NCBI GenBank assembly: GCA_037925075.1
Contig: JAXSNR010000002.1
Location: 448,001-512,000, forward strand
DNA: 64,000 nt
DNA from: Aquificaceae bacterium
Lineage (GTDB): Bacteria; Aquificota; Aquificia; Aquificales; Aquificaceae
Reading direction: 5' to 3'
The translations under genes and the position numbers were made by a program. Below, piece after piece: positions 8,210-17,936 of this stretch. Positions within the stretch are counted from its first letter, which is position 1. The number at the start of each line of letters is the position of its first letter. The notes below the pieces were generated by a model. The model had not been told where the DNA came from, made no database searches, and was given only the letters and a program-made list of their open reading frames with translations.

Positions 8210-9327
8210 TGGAGAAGATAGACTTTGAATTGGAAGTTTTAAGCCCTGTGCATATTGGAAGTGGTGAGAAAATTACCAATTGGGAGTATATAATAGAAGG
8301 GGGCTACCTTAAGGTTTATCCTTATGAACACCTAATATCTTATCTTCATAAGAAAAATCCAAAGTATCTTGAAGTTCTTAGAAACTCAATGCGAGATAAA
8401 GACTTTAGCCTTTTAAAGTTGAAACAAACAAACATAAACATAGGGGAGCCACTTTATGAACTTAAATTAGCCTTGCCCTTGAGGACAAGAGAAGTAGAAC
8501 TTTTCATCAAATCTCTTGGTAAGCCGTACATACCGGGTAGTGAGCTAAAGGGAGCTTTGAGAACCGCTTACATAGGGGGGCTTTTGCTTGAAAACGGGGA
8601 TTTAAGAAATCAGGTAGAAAGAAAGCTGATTGGAGAACTTAAGAAAGGGGGAAATATTCGCGAGTTGCTTGCAAATGTGGGTTCAAAGAAGAGGGGAAAT
8701 TTTGAAGAAATCCTCCTATATCCAAAGCTGGAAAACGAAGTTAAACAAGATGCGAAGTATGACCTATTTAGGGCTATATCTTTCCCTGACCTGTTTTTTG
8801 ATATAGACAATCTACGTGTTGAAGTGCCAAAGATTGTAGGTTCAAACAGACCTCTTAACGCCTACGCCTGTGAAGCACTGAAAAAAGGAACAAGGATTAA
8901 GGGGAGCCTTATGATAAACATGTCCCATATTAATAAAATGGTAGAGCTTGAAAATCTCACTTATCCGCATATGAACCTGAGCTGGGAGAGACTAAAGGAG
9001 CTTTCTAATAAGTTTTACAGTCGTGTTATAGAGCTTGAGATGGAGTTTTTCAATAATATGCAAAAGGAAGATACAGTGAATCATCTAAAAAAGATTTTAG
9101 ACAGATTAAATAATGGAATTCTTTTACGCATTGGAAAACATCAAGGGTATCTAAGTACTACTATTATGTCGGTTTTTAAAGAGTCCAACGATTTTAAAGA
9201 GCCCAACGAGAGGCTTTTTGAGAAGGTATATTTAGGGAGCTTTAATAGGGTCCGGAATGAAAAGCCAAAGACCAGAAGGCTTAGTTCGGATGATTCAACC
9301 TTTGGTTGGGTTCTTCTTGTAAAATAG
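8206..9327 (+). CDS. csm5: Type III-A RAMP Csm5
   Basis: LSPVHIGSGE, PYIPGSELKGALRTA, LRIGKHQG, C-terminal FGWV. Confidence 0.92.
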   Translation: MMEKIDFELEVLSPVHIGSGEKITNWEYIIEGGYLKVYPYEHLISYLHKKNPKYLEVLRNSMRDKDFSLLKLKQTNINIGEPLYELKLALPLRTREVELFIKSLGKPYIPGSELKGALRTAYIGGLLLENGDLRNQVERKLIGELKKGGNIRELLANVGSKKRGNFEEILLYPKLENEVKQDAKYDLFRAISFPDLFFDIDNLRVEVPKIVGSNRPLNAYACEALKKGTRIKGSLMINMSHINKMVELENLTYPHMNLSWERLKELSNKFYSRVIELEMEFFNNMQKEDTVNHLKKILDRLNNGILLRIGKHQGYLSTTIMSVFKESNDFKEPNERLFEKVYLGSFNRVRNEKPKTRRLSSDDSTFGWVLLVK

Positions 9328-9332
9328 TATGA

Positions 9333-10571
9333 ATGAAGCTTTTGGTGGTAAAGTTTGGCGGGACTTCTGTAGGAAGCCTTGAGAGGATTCAAAACTCCGC
9401 AAAGAGGGTGGTTGAAAAGTTAAAAGAAGGCTACAGGGTGGTGGTGGTCTCTTCCGCCATGGCGGGGGAGACGGACAGGCTTATAAACCTTGCAAAACAG
9501 ATAGACCCTATGCCCTCTGAGCGTGAGCTTGATATGCTTGTATCCACCGGCGAACAGCAAGCCATAGCCCTCTTTGCTATGACACTTCAAAAGCTTGGAG
9601 TTCCATCAATTAGCCTTTGTGGTTGGCAGGTGCCCGTAATCACCGATAAGGTGCATACAAAGGCAAAGATAGAGAAAATAGGTATCCAGAGGCTAAAAAA
9701 CCTACTTCAAGAAGGTTATACACCTGTTGTGGCCGGTTTTCAGGGGGTTACGGAAGATTGGGAGATTACCACGCTTGGCAGAGGGGGTTCTGACCTTTCT
9801 GCGGTAGCCCTTGCCTATGCCCTTGGTGCAGACTGTGAGATATACACAGATGTGGAAGGTGTCTTTACCGCAGACCCAAGGATAGTGCCCAACGCGAGGA
9901 AGATACCTGTAATATCCTACGAAGAGATGCTTGAGATGGCCTCTTTGGGTGCAAAAGTGATGCAAGCAAGGAGTATTGAATTTGCTATGAAATACGGTGT
10001 TAGGATACATGTAAGAAGCTCTTTTACAGACAGCGAAGGGACTTGGATAGTCCCGGAGGAGGAAGTGATGGAAAAAAGCGTGGTAAGAGCCATAACCCTT
10101 GAAAGGAACGAATCAAGGATAACCGTGGTGCGGGTGCCAGATAGACCGGGCATAGCTTACAGTATCTTTAAGGCTCTTGGTGATGCCCATATTGTGGTGG
10201 ATATGATAGTTCAAAATGTGTCCCATCAGGGCTATACGGATATGTCCTTTACCGTAAATAAGGCGGACGCACCAAAGGCGGAGGAGATAGTCCGAAAGGT
10301 TGCACAAAGTATAGGGGCTCAGGAGGTGGTAAGGGATGACAGGATAGCAAAGGTTTCGGTGGTGGGTATAGGTATGAGGAGTTCTTACGGCACCGCAGCC
10401 AAAATGTTTGAGGTGCTATACAAAAACGGCGTAAACATAATGGCTATTTCCACTTCGGAAATAAAGATTTCCTGCCTTATAGAGGACAAGTATGGGGAGT
10501 TGGCTGTTAGAGAGCTTCATAGGGCTTTCATAGAAGAAGGTGAGGAGATAAAGGTGGTCAATGACTCCTGA
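9333..10571 (+). CDS. lysC: Aspartate kinase
   Basis: [17 protein letters not shown], two ACT domains, STSEIKIS. Confidence 0.95.
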   Translation: MKLLVVKFGGTSVGSLERIQNSAKRVVEKLKEGYRVVVVSSAMAGETDRLINLAKQIDPMPSERELDMLVSTGEQQAIALFAMTLQKLGVPSISLCGWQVPVITDKVHTKAKIEKIGIQRLKNLLQEGYTPVVAGFQGVTEDWEITTLGRGGSDLSAVALAYALGADCEIYTDVEGVFTADPRIVPNARKIPVISYEEMLEMASLGAKVMQARSIEFAMKYGVRIHVRSSFTDSEGTWIVPEEEVMEKSVVRAITLERNESRITVVRVPDRPGIAYSIFKALGDAHIVVDMIVQNVSHQGYTDMSFTVNKADAPKAEEIVRKVAQSIGAQEVVRDDRIAKVSVVGIGMRSSYGTAAKMFEVLYKNGVNIMAISTSEIKISCLIEDKYGELAVRELHRAFIEEGEEIKVVNDS

Positions 10572-11505
10572 AAGAGTGCAAGAGATCCTTGAAGGGTTTA
10601 AAAGCCTGAAAATCCTTGTGGTGGGGGATGTGATACTTGACAGGTATGTGTTTGGAAAAGTGGAAAGGATTTCTCCAGAGGCTCCTGTGCCAGTGGTGGA
10701 GGTCCAAAGGGAGGAGTTCAGGCTTGGTGGTGCGGGAAATGTGGCCAACAATTTGGCAAGTCTTGGCGTAAAAACCTATCTACTTGGTGTGGTGGGGCAA
10801 GACTACGGAAGGCATATTATAAAAGGGCTTTTAAAGGAGTCAGGCATAGAAGACTTGCTTGTGGAAGACCAAGCAAGACCTACCACAGAGAAAACTCGCA
10901 TAGTTGCCCTATCCCAACAGCTTTTGAGGGTGGACAGTGAAAGTAGAAAATTAGTAGAGGGTAAGGTGTTAGAAAAACTTTTGGAGGGATTGGACATAGA
11001 GGTGGATGGTATAGTGGTTTCTGACTATGCCAAGGGGGTGGTGTGCAAAAGGGTTATGGACAGATTAAGGGAAAGGGGTCTTTTTTTTTCTATTGATCCA
11101 AGACCGCAAAACAAAAGCCTGTATATGGGTGCAAGCCTGATGACTCCCAACGAAAAGGAAGCAAGGGGTATGTTTGAGGGGGAAAGCTTGCAAGAGCTTG
11201 GCTGGGGTCTAAAGAGGAAGCTAAAACTGGAGACCTTAGCCATAACCTTGGGTGCAAAGGGTATGGCTCTCTTTGATAAGGAGTTTAAGGTTTTCCCTGC
11301 AAGGGCTAAGCAAGTGTATGATGTTTCTGGTGCGGGTGATACAGTGGTTGCGGTGCTTACCGCCTGTGCCCTTTCTGGGGTTGATTGGGATATGGCTTGT
11401 GAGCTTGCAAACCTATGTGCGGGCATAGTGGTTGGCAAACTTGGCACCGCAGTGGTAAAGCCTGAAGAAATACTTCAGAGCCTTGAGGAAGGGTGTGGAA
11501 TTTGA
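10561..11505 (+). CDS. rfaE1: D-glycero-D-manno-heptose-7-phosphate kinase (RfaE/HldE kinase domain only)
   Basis: [32 protein letters not shown]. Confidence 0.9.
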   Translation: MTPERVQEILEGFKSLKILVVGDVILDRYVFGKVERISPEAPVPVVEVQREEFRLGGAGNVANNLASLGVKTYLLGVVGQDYGRHIIKGLLKESGIEDLLVEDQARPTTEKTRIVALSQQLLRVDSESRKLVEGKVLEKLLEGLDIEVDGIVVSDYAKGVVCKRVMDRLRERGLFFSIDPRPQNKSLYMGASLMTPNEKEARGMFEGESLQELGWGLKRKLKLETLAITLGAKGMALFDKEFKVFPARAKQVYDVSGAGDTVVAVLTACALSGVDWDMACELANLCAGIVVGKLGTAVVKPEEILQSLEEGCGI

Positions 11506-11812
11506 AGAGCTTGCGGTAAGCTATTTGGAAAAACTCGGCTACAAAGTGCTTCACAGAAACTATCACTGCAAAACTGGAGAGATAGACATAATAGCCCTTG
11601 ACGAAAAAACCTTGGTTTTTGTGGAAGTAAAGGGAGGTATAACCAAACATCTTGGCGACCCTTTGGAAAGACTAAACAAGAAAAAGATAGAAAGACTGCT
11701 GGGATGCATAGAGAGATATCTTCAAGAGCATCCAACGGAAGATTACAGAATTGATGTGATTGTGATAAGGAAAGGCGGTTTAGAACATATAAAGGGGGTT
11801 GAACTATACTAA
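11483..11812 (+). CDS. YraN (UPF0102) family putative endonuclease
   Basis: RNY..GEIDIIA..LVFVEVK..RIDVI. Confidence 0.88.
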   Translation: MRKGVEFEELAVSYLEKLGYKVLHRNYHCKTGEIDIIALDEKTLVFVEVKGGITKHLGDPLERLNKKKIERLLGCIERYLQEHPTEDYRIDVIVIRKGGLEHIKGVELY

Positions 11813-11999
11813 GTATGCTCTACTTTTTCTTTCGTTAAGGTAGCTGTCTTAAATCACTCATTTTATCCTTTATGCCACTTGGCGGTATTTTAGCCCTATA
11901 TCCACATAGCTATTAAAGTCCTTTATGGCTTTCTCAAAAGCTGAGACGCTTGAAGAAAAGTCATCAAGCCTTTTATCTATCCAACCACCGCACCTGCCA

Positions 12000-12782
12000 C
12001 TATGATAACTTATAAATATCAATGAGAAACCTATCAAAGAGCAAATCCACACTGAGGCATTTCCTTTCATCGCATGTGTTAGGAAAGCATGGGCTACAAA
12101 AAAGTTCAAGGCTTATCTGAAATACCCTTTCTCCTATTGGCCTCCATATTACTGGATTAGTGGGTCCATAAAAGATAAAGGTGGGAAGACCACAGTAGCT
12201 GGCAAGATGAGAAAGGCCACTGTCAAGTCCTACAAAAAGCTTGGCACTTTTCAACGCCTTTGCTATCTCAAGGGGTGAAAAGCTTTCAAAGTAGTTTTTA
12301 ACGTGGTCCCTTAGCCACTGGTCCGCCTCTCCCACAAGGTATATGGTTTTGTAGCCCTCTTTTTTTAGAAATCTTTCAATTCTCAAAAAGAGTTCAAGGG
12401 GTGGGTTTTTCTTCCAAGAGCCACTGGAAGGGTGAAGGACTATGTGGTTTTCAAGTGGGCTTTTTTCCATAGGCTCAAGGGGGAGGGTTTTTGAAAAGCT
12501 TCCTGTAAGGGATGCACTCCTAAGGTAATGCTCCACAATCCACATTCTTTTTTCTGGGAAGGGCTTTATGTTTCCATCAAGGGATATGACAATTTTGCCC
12601 TCAAATTCATACTTTGGCACCTCCGAGCTGATTTCGTCAGCCCATCCCACCTCTTTGGCAATTATAAGGTAGTCTGTGTTTCCAACCGCCCATAGTCTCT
12701 TTCCAGACTTTTTTAAAAGCTCAAGCAAGGGAAAGGTCAGAAGGGTATCTCCAAGACCACCGCGACGATAAAACAGCCACAT
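12000..12782 (-). CDS. Glycosyltransferase family 9 (LPS heptosyltransferase-like)
   Basis: GGLGDTLL, LHPSSGSWKK, GLDSGLSHLA, YGPTNP..W.P. Confidence 0.85.
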   Translation of the reverse strand: MWLFYRRGGLGDTLLTFPLLELLKKSGKRLWAVGNTDYLIIAKEVGWADEISSEVPKYEFEGKIVISLDGNIKPFPEKRMWIVEHYLRSASLTGSFSKTLPLEPMEKSPLENHIVLHPSSGSWKKNPPLELFLRIERFLKKEGYKTIYLVGEADQWLRDHVKNYFESFSPLEIAKALKSAKLFVGLDSGLSHLASYCGLPTFIFYGPTNPVIWRPIGERVFQISLELFCSPCFPNTCDERKCLSVDLLFDRFLIDIYKLS

Positions 12783-12799
12783 GGTATAATAAGAGATTT

Positions 12800-13372
12800 A
12801 TGATAAACCACAACGTTTTTATCGCACTGCTTCACTATCCCGCCATGGACAAAGAAGGAAAAACCATAATAACCTCCTTTACAACTATGGACCTACATGA
12901 TATTGCCCGTCCCGCAAGGGCCTATGAGATAAACGCTTACTACATTGTCCAGCCTGTGGATGCACAAAGGCTCGTTATAAAAAAACAGATAGAATACTGG
13001 CTTTCTGAAGAGGGTCTGAGGACAAATCCCACAAGAAACGAGGTGGTAAGGCTCGTAAAGCTTTGCTACACCTTTGATGAAGTCCTTGAGGATATTCAAG
13101 CTCTCAGAGGCAGTAAGCCGGTGGTTGTGGGAACGGACGCAAGGACTTATCCAAACACCGTTTCCTACCGATGGCTGTCGGAAGAAATACAAAAAAGGGA
13201 AAGGGACTTTCTCATAGTTTTTGGCACAGGCTATGGCATTCCACCATCCCTTATGAACACCTTTGATTACATACTTGAGCCCATATACGGTGCTGGAGAT
13301 TGGAACCACCTGTCTGTTAGAAACGCGGTCGCCATAATCCTTGATAGACTTTTAAGCAGGAACAGGTGCTAA
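12800..13372 (+). CDS. SPOUT-class RNA methyltransferase
   Basis: [35 protein letters not shown]. Confidence 0.85.
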   Translation: MINHNVFIALLHYPAMDKEGKTIITSFTTMDLHDIARPARAYEINAYYIVQPVDAQRLVIKKQIEYWLSEEGLRTNPTRNEVVRLVKLCYTFDEVLEDIQALRGSKPVVVGTDARTYPNTVSYRWLSEEIQKRERDFLIVFGTGYGIPPSLMNTFDYILEPIYGAGDWNHLSVRNAVAIILDRLLSRNRC

Positions 13373-13373
13373 G

Positions 13374-14453
13374 ATGCTTTACCATATAGCCCTATACCTT
13401 AGAGATTACCTGTTTGCCTTTAACGTTTTTAAGTACATAAGCTTCCGCTCTTTTCTGGCGGTTTTTGTTGCCTTTTTTATTACGCTTGTTTTAACTCCCA
13501 TATTCATGAAAAAGATGAAGGCCCTTCAAAGGCTTTTAAAGGGGTATGTAAGAGAATACACGCCGGAGGGGCATTTAGTTAAAAAGTACACTCCTACTAT
13601 GGGCGGTATTGTAGTAGTGCTTTCTGTCTTTTTTACATCTTTTCTTCTCATGAGGCTTGACCTTGTGTATTTTTGGATTATAACCTTTTGCATGCTTGGC
13701 TTTGCCCTGATAGGCTTCTGGGATGACTTTGTGAAGTTAAAAAACAAAAAGGGTATATCCGCAAGGAAGAAGTTCTTGGCACAGCTACTGGTCGCAGGAA
13801 TTACATCGGTTTTTATATACACATATAGCGGTGTTAATACAAAGCTTTACTTTCCTCTTTTTAAAAACCTTCAGATAGACCTCGGGCTTTTGTACATTCC
13901 CTTTGCCATGCTTGTTATAGTTGGCACTTCTAATGCGGTAAATCTTACCGATGGACTTGACGGCCTTGCCATAGGACCAGCGATGACAACCGTGGCAAGT
14001 ATGGGTGTAGTCGCTTATGCGGTGGGTCATGCGGGCATAGCCAACTACCTAAACATCCCCTATGTTCCCTATGCGGGAGATTTGACGGTTCTGTGCTTTG
14101 CGGTGGTGGGTGCTGGGCTTGGCTTTTTGTGGTTCAACGCCTTTCCCGCCCAGCTTTTTATGGGGGATGTGGGAGCCCTTGCCTTGGGTGCGGGTCTTGG
14201 GGTGATAGCCTTGGTGTCCAAGTCGGAGCTTTTGCTTCCCATAGCTGGTGGTGTGTTTGTCTTTGAGACTCTTTCTGTAATGCTACAGGTCGCCTACTTT
14301 AAGCTCACAAAGGGCAAAAGGCTCTTTAAAATGGCTCCCTTTCATCATCACCTTGAGCTTTCTGGTGTTCCCGAGCCAAAGATAGTGGTAAGGATGTGGA
14401 TAATATCACTACTTCTTGGCATCCTTGCACTTGCGACCTTAAAGCTAAGGTGA
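13374..14453 (+). CDS. mraY: Phospho-N-acetylmuramoyl-pentapeptide transferase
   Basis: [33 protein letters not shown]. Confidence 0.97.
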   Translation: MLYHIALYLRDYLFAFNVFKYISFRSFLAVFVAFFITLVLTPIFMKKMKALQRLLKGYVREYTPEGHLVKKYTPTMGGIVVVLSVFFTSFLLMRLDLVYFWIITFCMLGFALIGFWDDFVKLKNKKGISARKKFLAQLLVAGITSVFIYTYSGVNTKLYFPLFKNLQIDLGLLYIPFAMLVIVGTSNAVNLTDGLDGLAIGPAMTTVASMGVVAYAVGHAGIANYLNIPYVPYAGDLTVLCFAVVGAGLGFLWFNAFPAQLFMGDVGALALGAGLGVIALVSKSELLLPIAGGVFVFETLSVMLQVAYFKLTKGKRLFKMAPFHHHLELSGVPEPKIVVRMWIISLLLGILALATLKLR

Positions 14454-14822
14454 AAGCAAGCGGCTTTTATAGGTGCATCTTCTACCCTTTAAAAGCTCCA
14501 CCACCGTATCCACAGGCTCGGGTGAAGAAACTATCACTATTCCAGCCTTTTCCTCAGGTGGAAGATAAGACCTTCCCACAAGCCTTTCTCCATCAATCCA
14601 ATAGACATACAGATCCAAGTGCGTATTTTTGTTCCAGAAGTGCCTTAAGGCTTTATCCTTGTAGAGAAAAACCATACCGTCATAGCCTTTAAGGAACCTT
14701 ATGTGCATAAGTCCCTTTTCGTGCTTTTCTGGTGTGTCCGCCACAAGAAGCTTACACTGGGGTTGCTTTGCCTGAGTGGTCCATGTTATCAAGAAAAGTA
14801 TGATATTGAAAATTATTAGCAT
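14445..14822 (-). CDS. DUF192 family exported protein
   Basis: Signal peptide; VADTP..GLM, GMVF, FWNKNT. Confidence 0.8.
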   Translation of the reverse strand: MLIIFNIILFLITWTTQAKQPQCKLLVADTPEKHEKGLMHIRFLKGYDGMVFLYKDKALRHFWNKNTHLDLYVYWIDGERLVGRSYLPPEEKAGIVIVSSPEPVDTVVELLKGRRCTYKSRLLSP

Positions 14823-14842
14823 ATGGTTTATATTATATAACC

Positions 14843-15271
14843 ATGCTTAAGGAAGAAAAACTTCAGGAGTTTATAGAGGCTTGTAAGAACATGGGGCTAA
14901 AGATTACACCCCAGAGGATTGCGGTCTATGAGGTCTTGCTAAGTAGAGAAGACCACCCTACCGTTGAGGAGATTTACAATGAGATAAAGAAAAGGTATCC
15001 CTTTGTCTCTCTTGCGACCGTGTATAGAACCGTAGAGACCCTTGAGGAACTCGGATTTGTAAAAAGGGTTGCCTATTGGGGTGGCTCTGTGCGGTATGAT
15101 GCTAACATAAGCGACCATCATCACCTCATATGTACTCAATGCGGAGCCATAAAGGATGTGGAGTTTTGCATAGATTGGGATCCACCCGCTTACATGGAAG
15201 GATACAAGGTTCATAAGTATTCCTTGCACATATACGGAGTTTGTCCTAAATGTCAGGCGAGGGAGAATTAA
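14843..15271 (+). CDS. Fur-family transcriptional regulator with PerR-like ligand pattern
   Basis: ITPQR, HPTVEEIY, SLATVYR, RYD..HHHLICTQC, GVCPKC. Confidence 0.92.
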   Translation: MLKEEKLQEFIEACKNMGLKITPQRIAVYEVLLSREDHPTVEEIYNEIKKRYPFVSLATVYRTVETLEELGFVKRVAYWGGSVRYDANISDHHHLICTQCGAIKDVEFCIDWDPPAYMEGYKVHKYSLHIYGVCPKCQAREN

Positions 15272-15564
15272 GGGCTTACTCAAGGCAGGAAGTGGAAGAA
15301 AGGCTAAAAAGGCTTACCAACTGGCACTATCAAGAAGGTTTTATAATCAGGGACTTTATCACAAAAAACTGGAAGGAGACTGTCTTTCTCTTTAACACCA
15401 TAGCAGGCCTTGCGGAGGCTTACTGGCATCATCCCGATGTGGAAGTGGGTTTTAAAAGGCTTAGGGTAAAGCTTACCACTCACGAGGCTAGTGGTATCAC
15501 GGATAGGGACTTTAACTTGGCGGAGGAGATAGAAAAAATCTCTTCCCTTTTGCTAAAAAGGTGA
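15250..15564 (+). CDS. Pterin-4-alpha-carbinolamine dehydratase
   Basis: AE..HHPD, LTTHEASGITDRDF. Confidence 0.9.
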   Translation: MSGEGELRAYSRQEVEERLKRLTNWHYQEGFIIRDFITKNWKETVFLFNTIAGLAEAYWHHPDVEVGFKRLRVKLTTHEASGITDRDFNLAEEIEKISSLLLKR

Positions 15565-15582
15565 TATAATATAAACCTCTGA

Positions 15583-15660
15583 GGAGCCGTAGTTCAGCCC
15601 GGTCAGAACGCCGGCCTGTCAAGCCGGAGGGCGCGGGTTCAAGTCCCGTCGGCTCCGCCA
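15583..15660 (+). tRNA. tRNA-Asp(GTC)
   Basis: Acceptor GGAGCCG/CGGCTCC, anticodon arm CCGGC-CTGTCAA-GCCGG, T loop GGTTCAAGTCC, encoded CCA. Confidence 0.97.
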
Positions 15661-15682
15661 CTTGTATGTTATAATCTTGTCT

Positions 15683-16573
15683 ATGTTTCAAGGTTCTATT
15701 GTTGCCCTCATAACGCCCTTTAAGGATGGAGAGGTAGATTTCAAAGCCCTTGAAAACCTAATAGACTTTCATGTGAACAACCACACGGACGCCGTACTTG
15801 TCTGTGGAACTACAGGCGAATCCCCCACTCTCACCTTTGAAGAGCACGAAAAGGTAATAGAGCATGCGGTCAAGTACGCGGGTGGAAGGATCAAAGTTAT
15901 CGCGGGTACGGGAGCAAACGCCACTCACGAGGCTATAGAGCTTACATCCCACGCAAAGAAGGTGGGTGCGGACGCCTGTCTTCTTGTGGTTCCCTATTAC
16001 AACAAGCCCACACAGGAAGGACTATACCAACACTTTAAGACAGTGGCGGAAGAGGTGGATATACCCATAATTCTGTACAACATACCATCGAGAACCGGCG
16101 TGGAGATAGCTCCGGAAACCATCTACAGGCTTGTCAAAGACTGTCCCAACATAGTAGGCTCAAAGGAATCCACTCCCAACATGGACAGGATCTCCGAACT
16201 TAGAAGGCTTTTGGGTGAAAACTTTACAATCCTTTCGGGTGATGACTCTTTAACTCTTCCCATGATGGCTTTGGGTGCAAAGGGTGTGGTGTCCGTTGCC
16301 AACAACATAATGCCGAGAGAAGTCAAGGCTTTAGTGGATTACGCCCTAAGGGGTGATTTCCAAAGGGCAAGGGAGCTACACTATTACCTTTTTGACCTCT
16401 TTAAAGTGCTTTTTGTGGAGACAAACCCCATACCTGTAAAGACCGCATGCTGGGCTTTGGGTATGTGTGAAAAGGAGTTTAGGCTTCCCCTTTGTCCCAT
16501 GAAGCCAGAAAACGAAAGAAGGCTTTTACAAACCCTCAAAAACTATAATCTCCCTGTAGTTAGAAATGTTTAA
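15683..16573 (+). CDS. dapA: 4-hydroxy-tetrahydrodipicolinate synthase
   Basis: GTTGESPTL, PYYNKP, LYNIPSRTG, ETNPIPVK. Confidence 0.96.
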   Translation: MFQGSIVALITPFKDGEVDFKALENLIDFHVNNHTDAVLVCGTTGESPTLTFEEHEKVIEHAVKYAGGRIKVIAGTGANATHEAIELTSHAKKVGADACLLVVPYYNKPTQEGLYQHFKTVAEEVDIPIILYNIPSRTGVEIAPETIYRLVKDCPNIVGSKESTPNMDRISELRRLLGENFTILSGDDSLTLPMMALGAKGVVSVANNIMPREVKALVDYALRGDFQRARELHYYLFDLFKVLFVETNPIPVKTACWALGMCEKEFRLPLCPMKPENERRLLQTLKNYNLPVVRNV

Positions 16574-16958
16574 GTTTCTTCTTTTTATAAACTCCCTCTA
16601 TCTTGGGCTTGGCTCTTTTTTTAGCTTTTTTGTGGCTCCTACCCTCTTTAAGGTGCTTCAAAGGGAACAGGCAGGTGCGGTGGTGGAGAGGGTCTTCCCA
16701 GTGTACTTTAGCGTGGGTCTGATGGTCTCCCTTTTTACCCTAGTGCTTGGCTTTAAGTACAGCAAGCTTATTGCAAGCCTTGCCTTATTTAATCTCATAC
16801 TTCATGCAATCCATGTTTTTTATGTGCTTCCTACCTCTCATGCCCTCAAGATGGTAGATTACCAAGCCTTTATGAAATGGCACGGCATATCCATGGGTAT
16901 GAACCTCCTTAGTCTTTTTCTTACGCTCCTTCTTTGCATCCTTCTCATGAGAAGATGA
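16566..16958 (+). CDS. DUF4149/TMEM205-like membrane protein
   Basis: Four hydrophobic segments; VAPTLF..AG..FP.YF; F.KWHG.S. Confidence 0.75.
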   Translation: MFKFLLFINSLYLGLGSFFSFFVAPTLFKVLQREQAGAVVERVFPVYFSVGLMVSLFTLVLGFKYSKLIASLALFNLILHAIHVFYVLPTSHALKMVDYQAFMKWHGISMGMNLLSLFLTLLLCILLMRR

Positions 16959-17329
16959 TAGAGTTGAGGCTCTCCATGCTTCCTGTGCCAAAGAGCAACA
17001 GGTACATAAGAAGAAGAGGGGGTAGAGTCTTTAAGCCTCCAAGGGTGAAAAACTGGGAGGCGAGAGCCCTATGGGAAATAAGAGAGCAGTACAAGGGCAA
17101 ACCCCTTGAAGGTAAGCTTTCCGTTTATGTGGAGCTTATACTTCCCAACCACAGAAGAAGGGACATAGACAACATGCTCAAAAGTTTGTGGGATGTTTTA
17201 GAAAAAGGGGGTGTAATAAAAAACGACAGCCAAATATATGAGGTGAGGACCATCAAGAGAGTCATAAAGGGTCAGCAGGGTACCATTATAGAACTTGGAG
17301 ACTTTAAGGATGCCCTTGAAGGTTATTGA
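16955..17329 (+). CDS. rusA: RusA family Holliday junction resolvase
   Basis: RRRDIDNMLKSLWDVL..VIKNDSQI. Confidence 0.88.
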   Translation: MIELRLSMLPVPKSNRYIRRRGGRVFKPPRVKNWEARALWEIREQYKGKPLEGKLSVYVELILPNHRRRDIDNMLKSLWDVLEKGGVIKNDSQIYEVRTIKRVIKGQQGTIIELGDFKDALEGY

Positions 17330-17936
17330 TCATCCACTACTGAGGCATAAGCTAAATTTTGTAAGAAACAGACATACACCGCCAGAAAGGCTCAGAAGCC
17401 TCCTTGAGGAGATAACCTTGATGGCTATGCCTCTTGTTCTTGATGAGCTACCTCTAAAGGTAGAAACCATTGAAACGCCCATAGATTCAGAGAGCTTTGA
17501 GTTTGTGGAGGAGGAGAAGTTTGTTTTTGTTTGCATACTGAGGGCAGGTCTTCCCATGCTCAACGGTGCTCTTAGGGCAATGCCTGGTGCAAAGGCAGGC
17601 TTTTTTGCCATAAAAAGAAACGAGCAGACCCTTAAGCCGGAACTCTTTTACAAAAGATTGCCCCCGATAGAAAACAAGCATGTTCTGGTGCTTGACCCAA
17701 TGCTGGCAACTGGTGGTACCCTTAGCCTTGTTTTGAGTGAGCTAAAGCTTCTAAAGCCCAAAAGGCTAATATCTTTAAACCTTGTCGCCTCACCTCAAGG
17801 AATTCAGAAGATAACCTCGGAACATCCAGAGGTTGAGCTTTTTATCCTTAGCATAGACAAAGGGTTGAACTCCGCCGGCTACATAGTGCCGGGAGTGGGA
17901 GACATAGGAGATAGACTTTTTAATGAAGGTCTTTGA
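17310..17936 (+). CDS. upp: Uracil phosphoribosyltransferase
   Basis: ILRAGL, LDPMLATGGT, YIVPGVGDIGDRLF. Confidence 0.95.
   Translation: MPLKVIDHPLLRHKLNFVRNRHTPPERLRSLLEEITLMAMPLVLDELPLKVETIETPIDSESFEFVEEEKFVFVCILRAGLPMLNGALRAMPGAKAGFFAIKRNEQTLKPELFYKRLPPIENKHVLVLDPMLATGGTLSLVLSELKLLKPKRLISLNLVASPQGIQKITSEHPEVELFILSIDKGLNSAGYIVPGVGDIGDRLFNEGL

Noticed and set aside
15583..15660. tRNA-Asp as an integration site
   Set aside because: No integrase and no duplicated tRNA 3' end seen in the window.
16955..17329. rusA as a prophage marker
   Set aside because: It is embedded in the dapA-upp operon with no phage genes; RusA is chromosomal in Aquifex.
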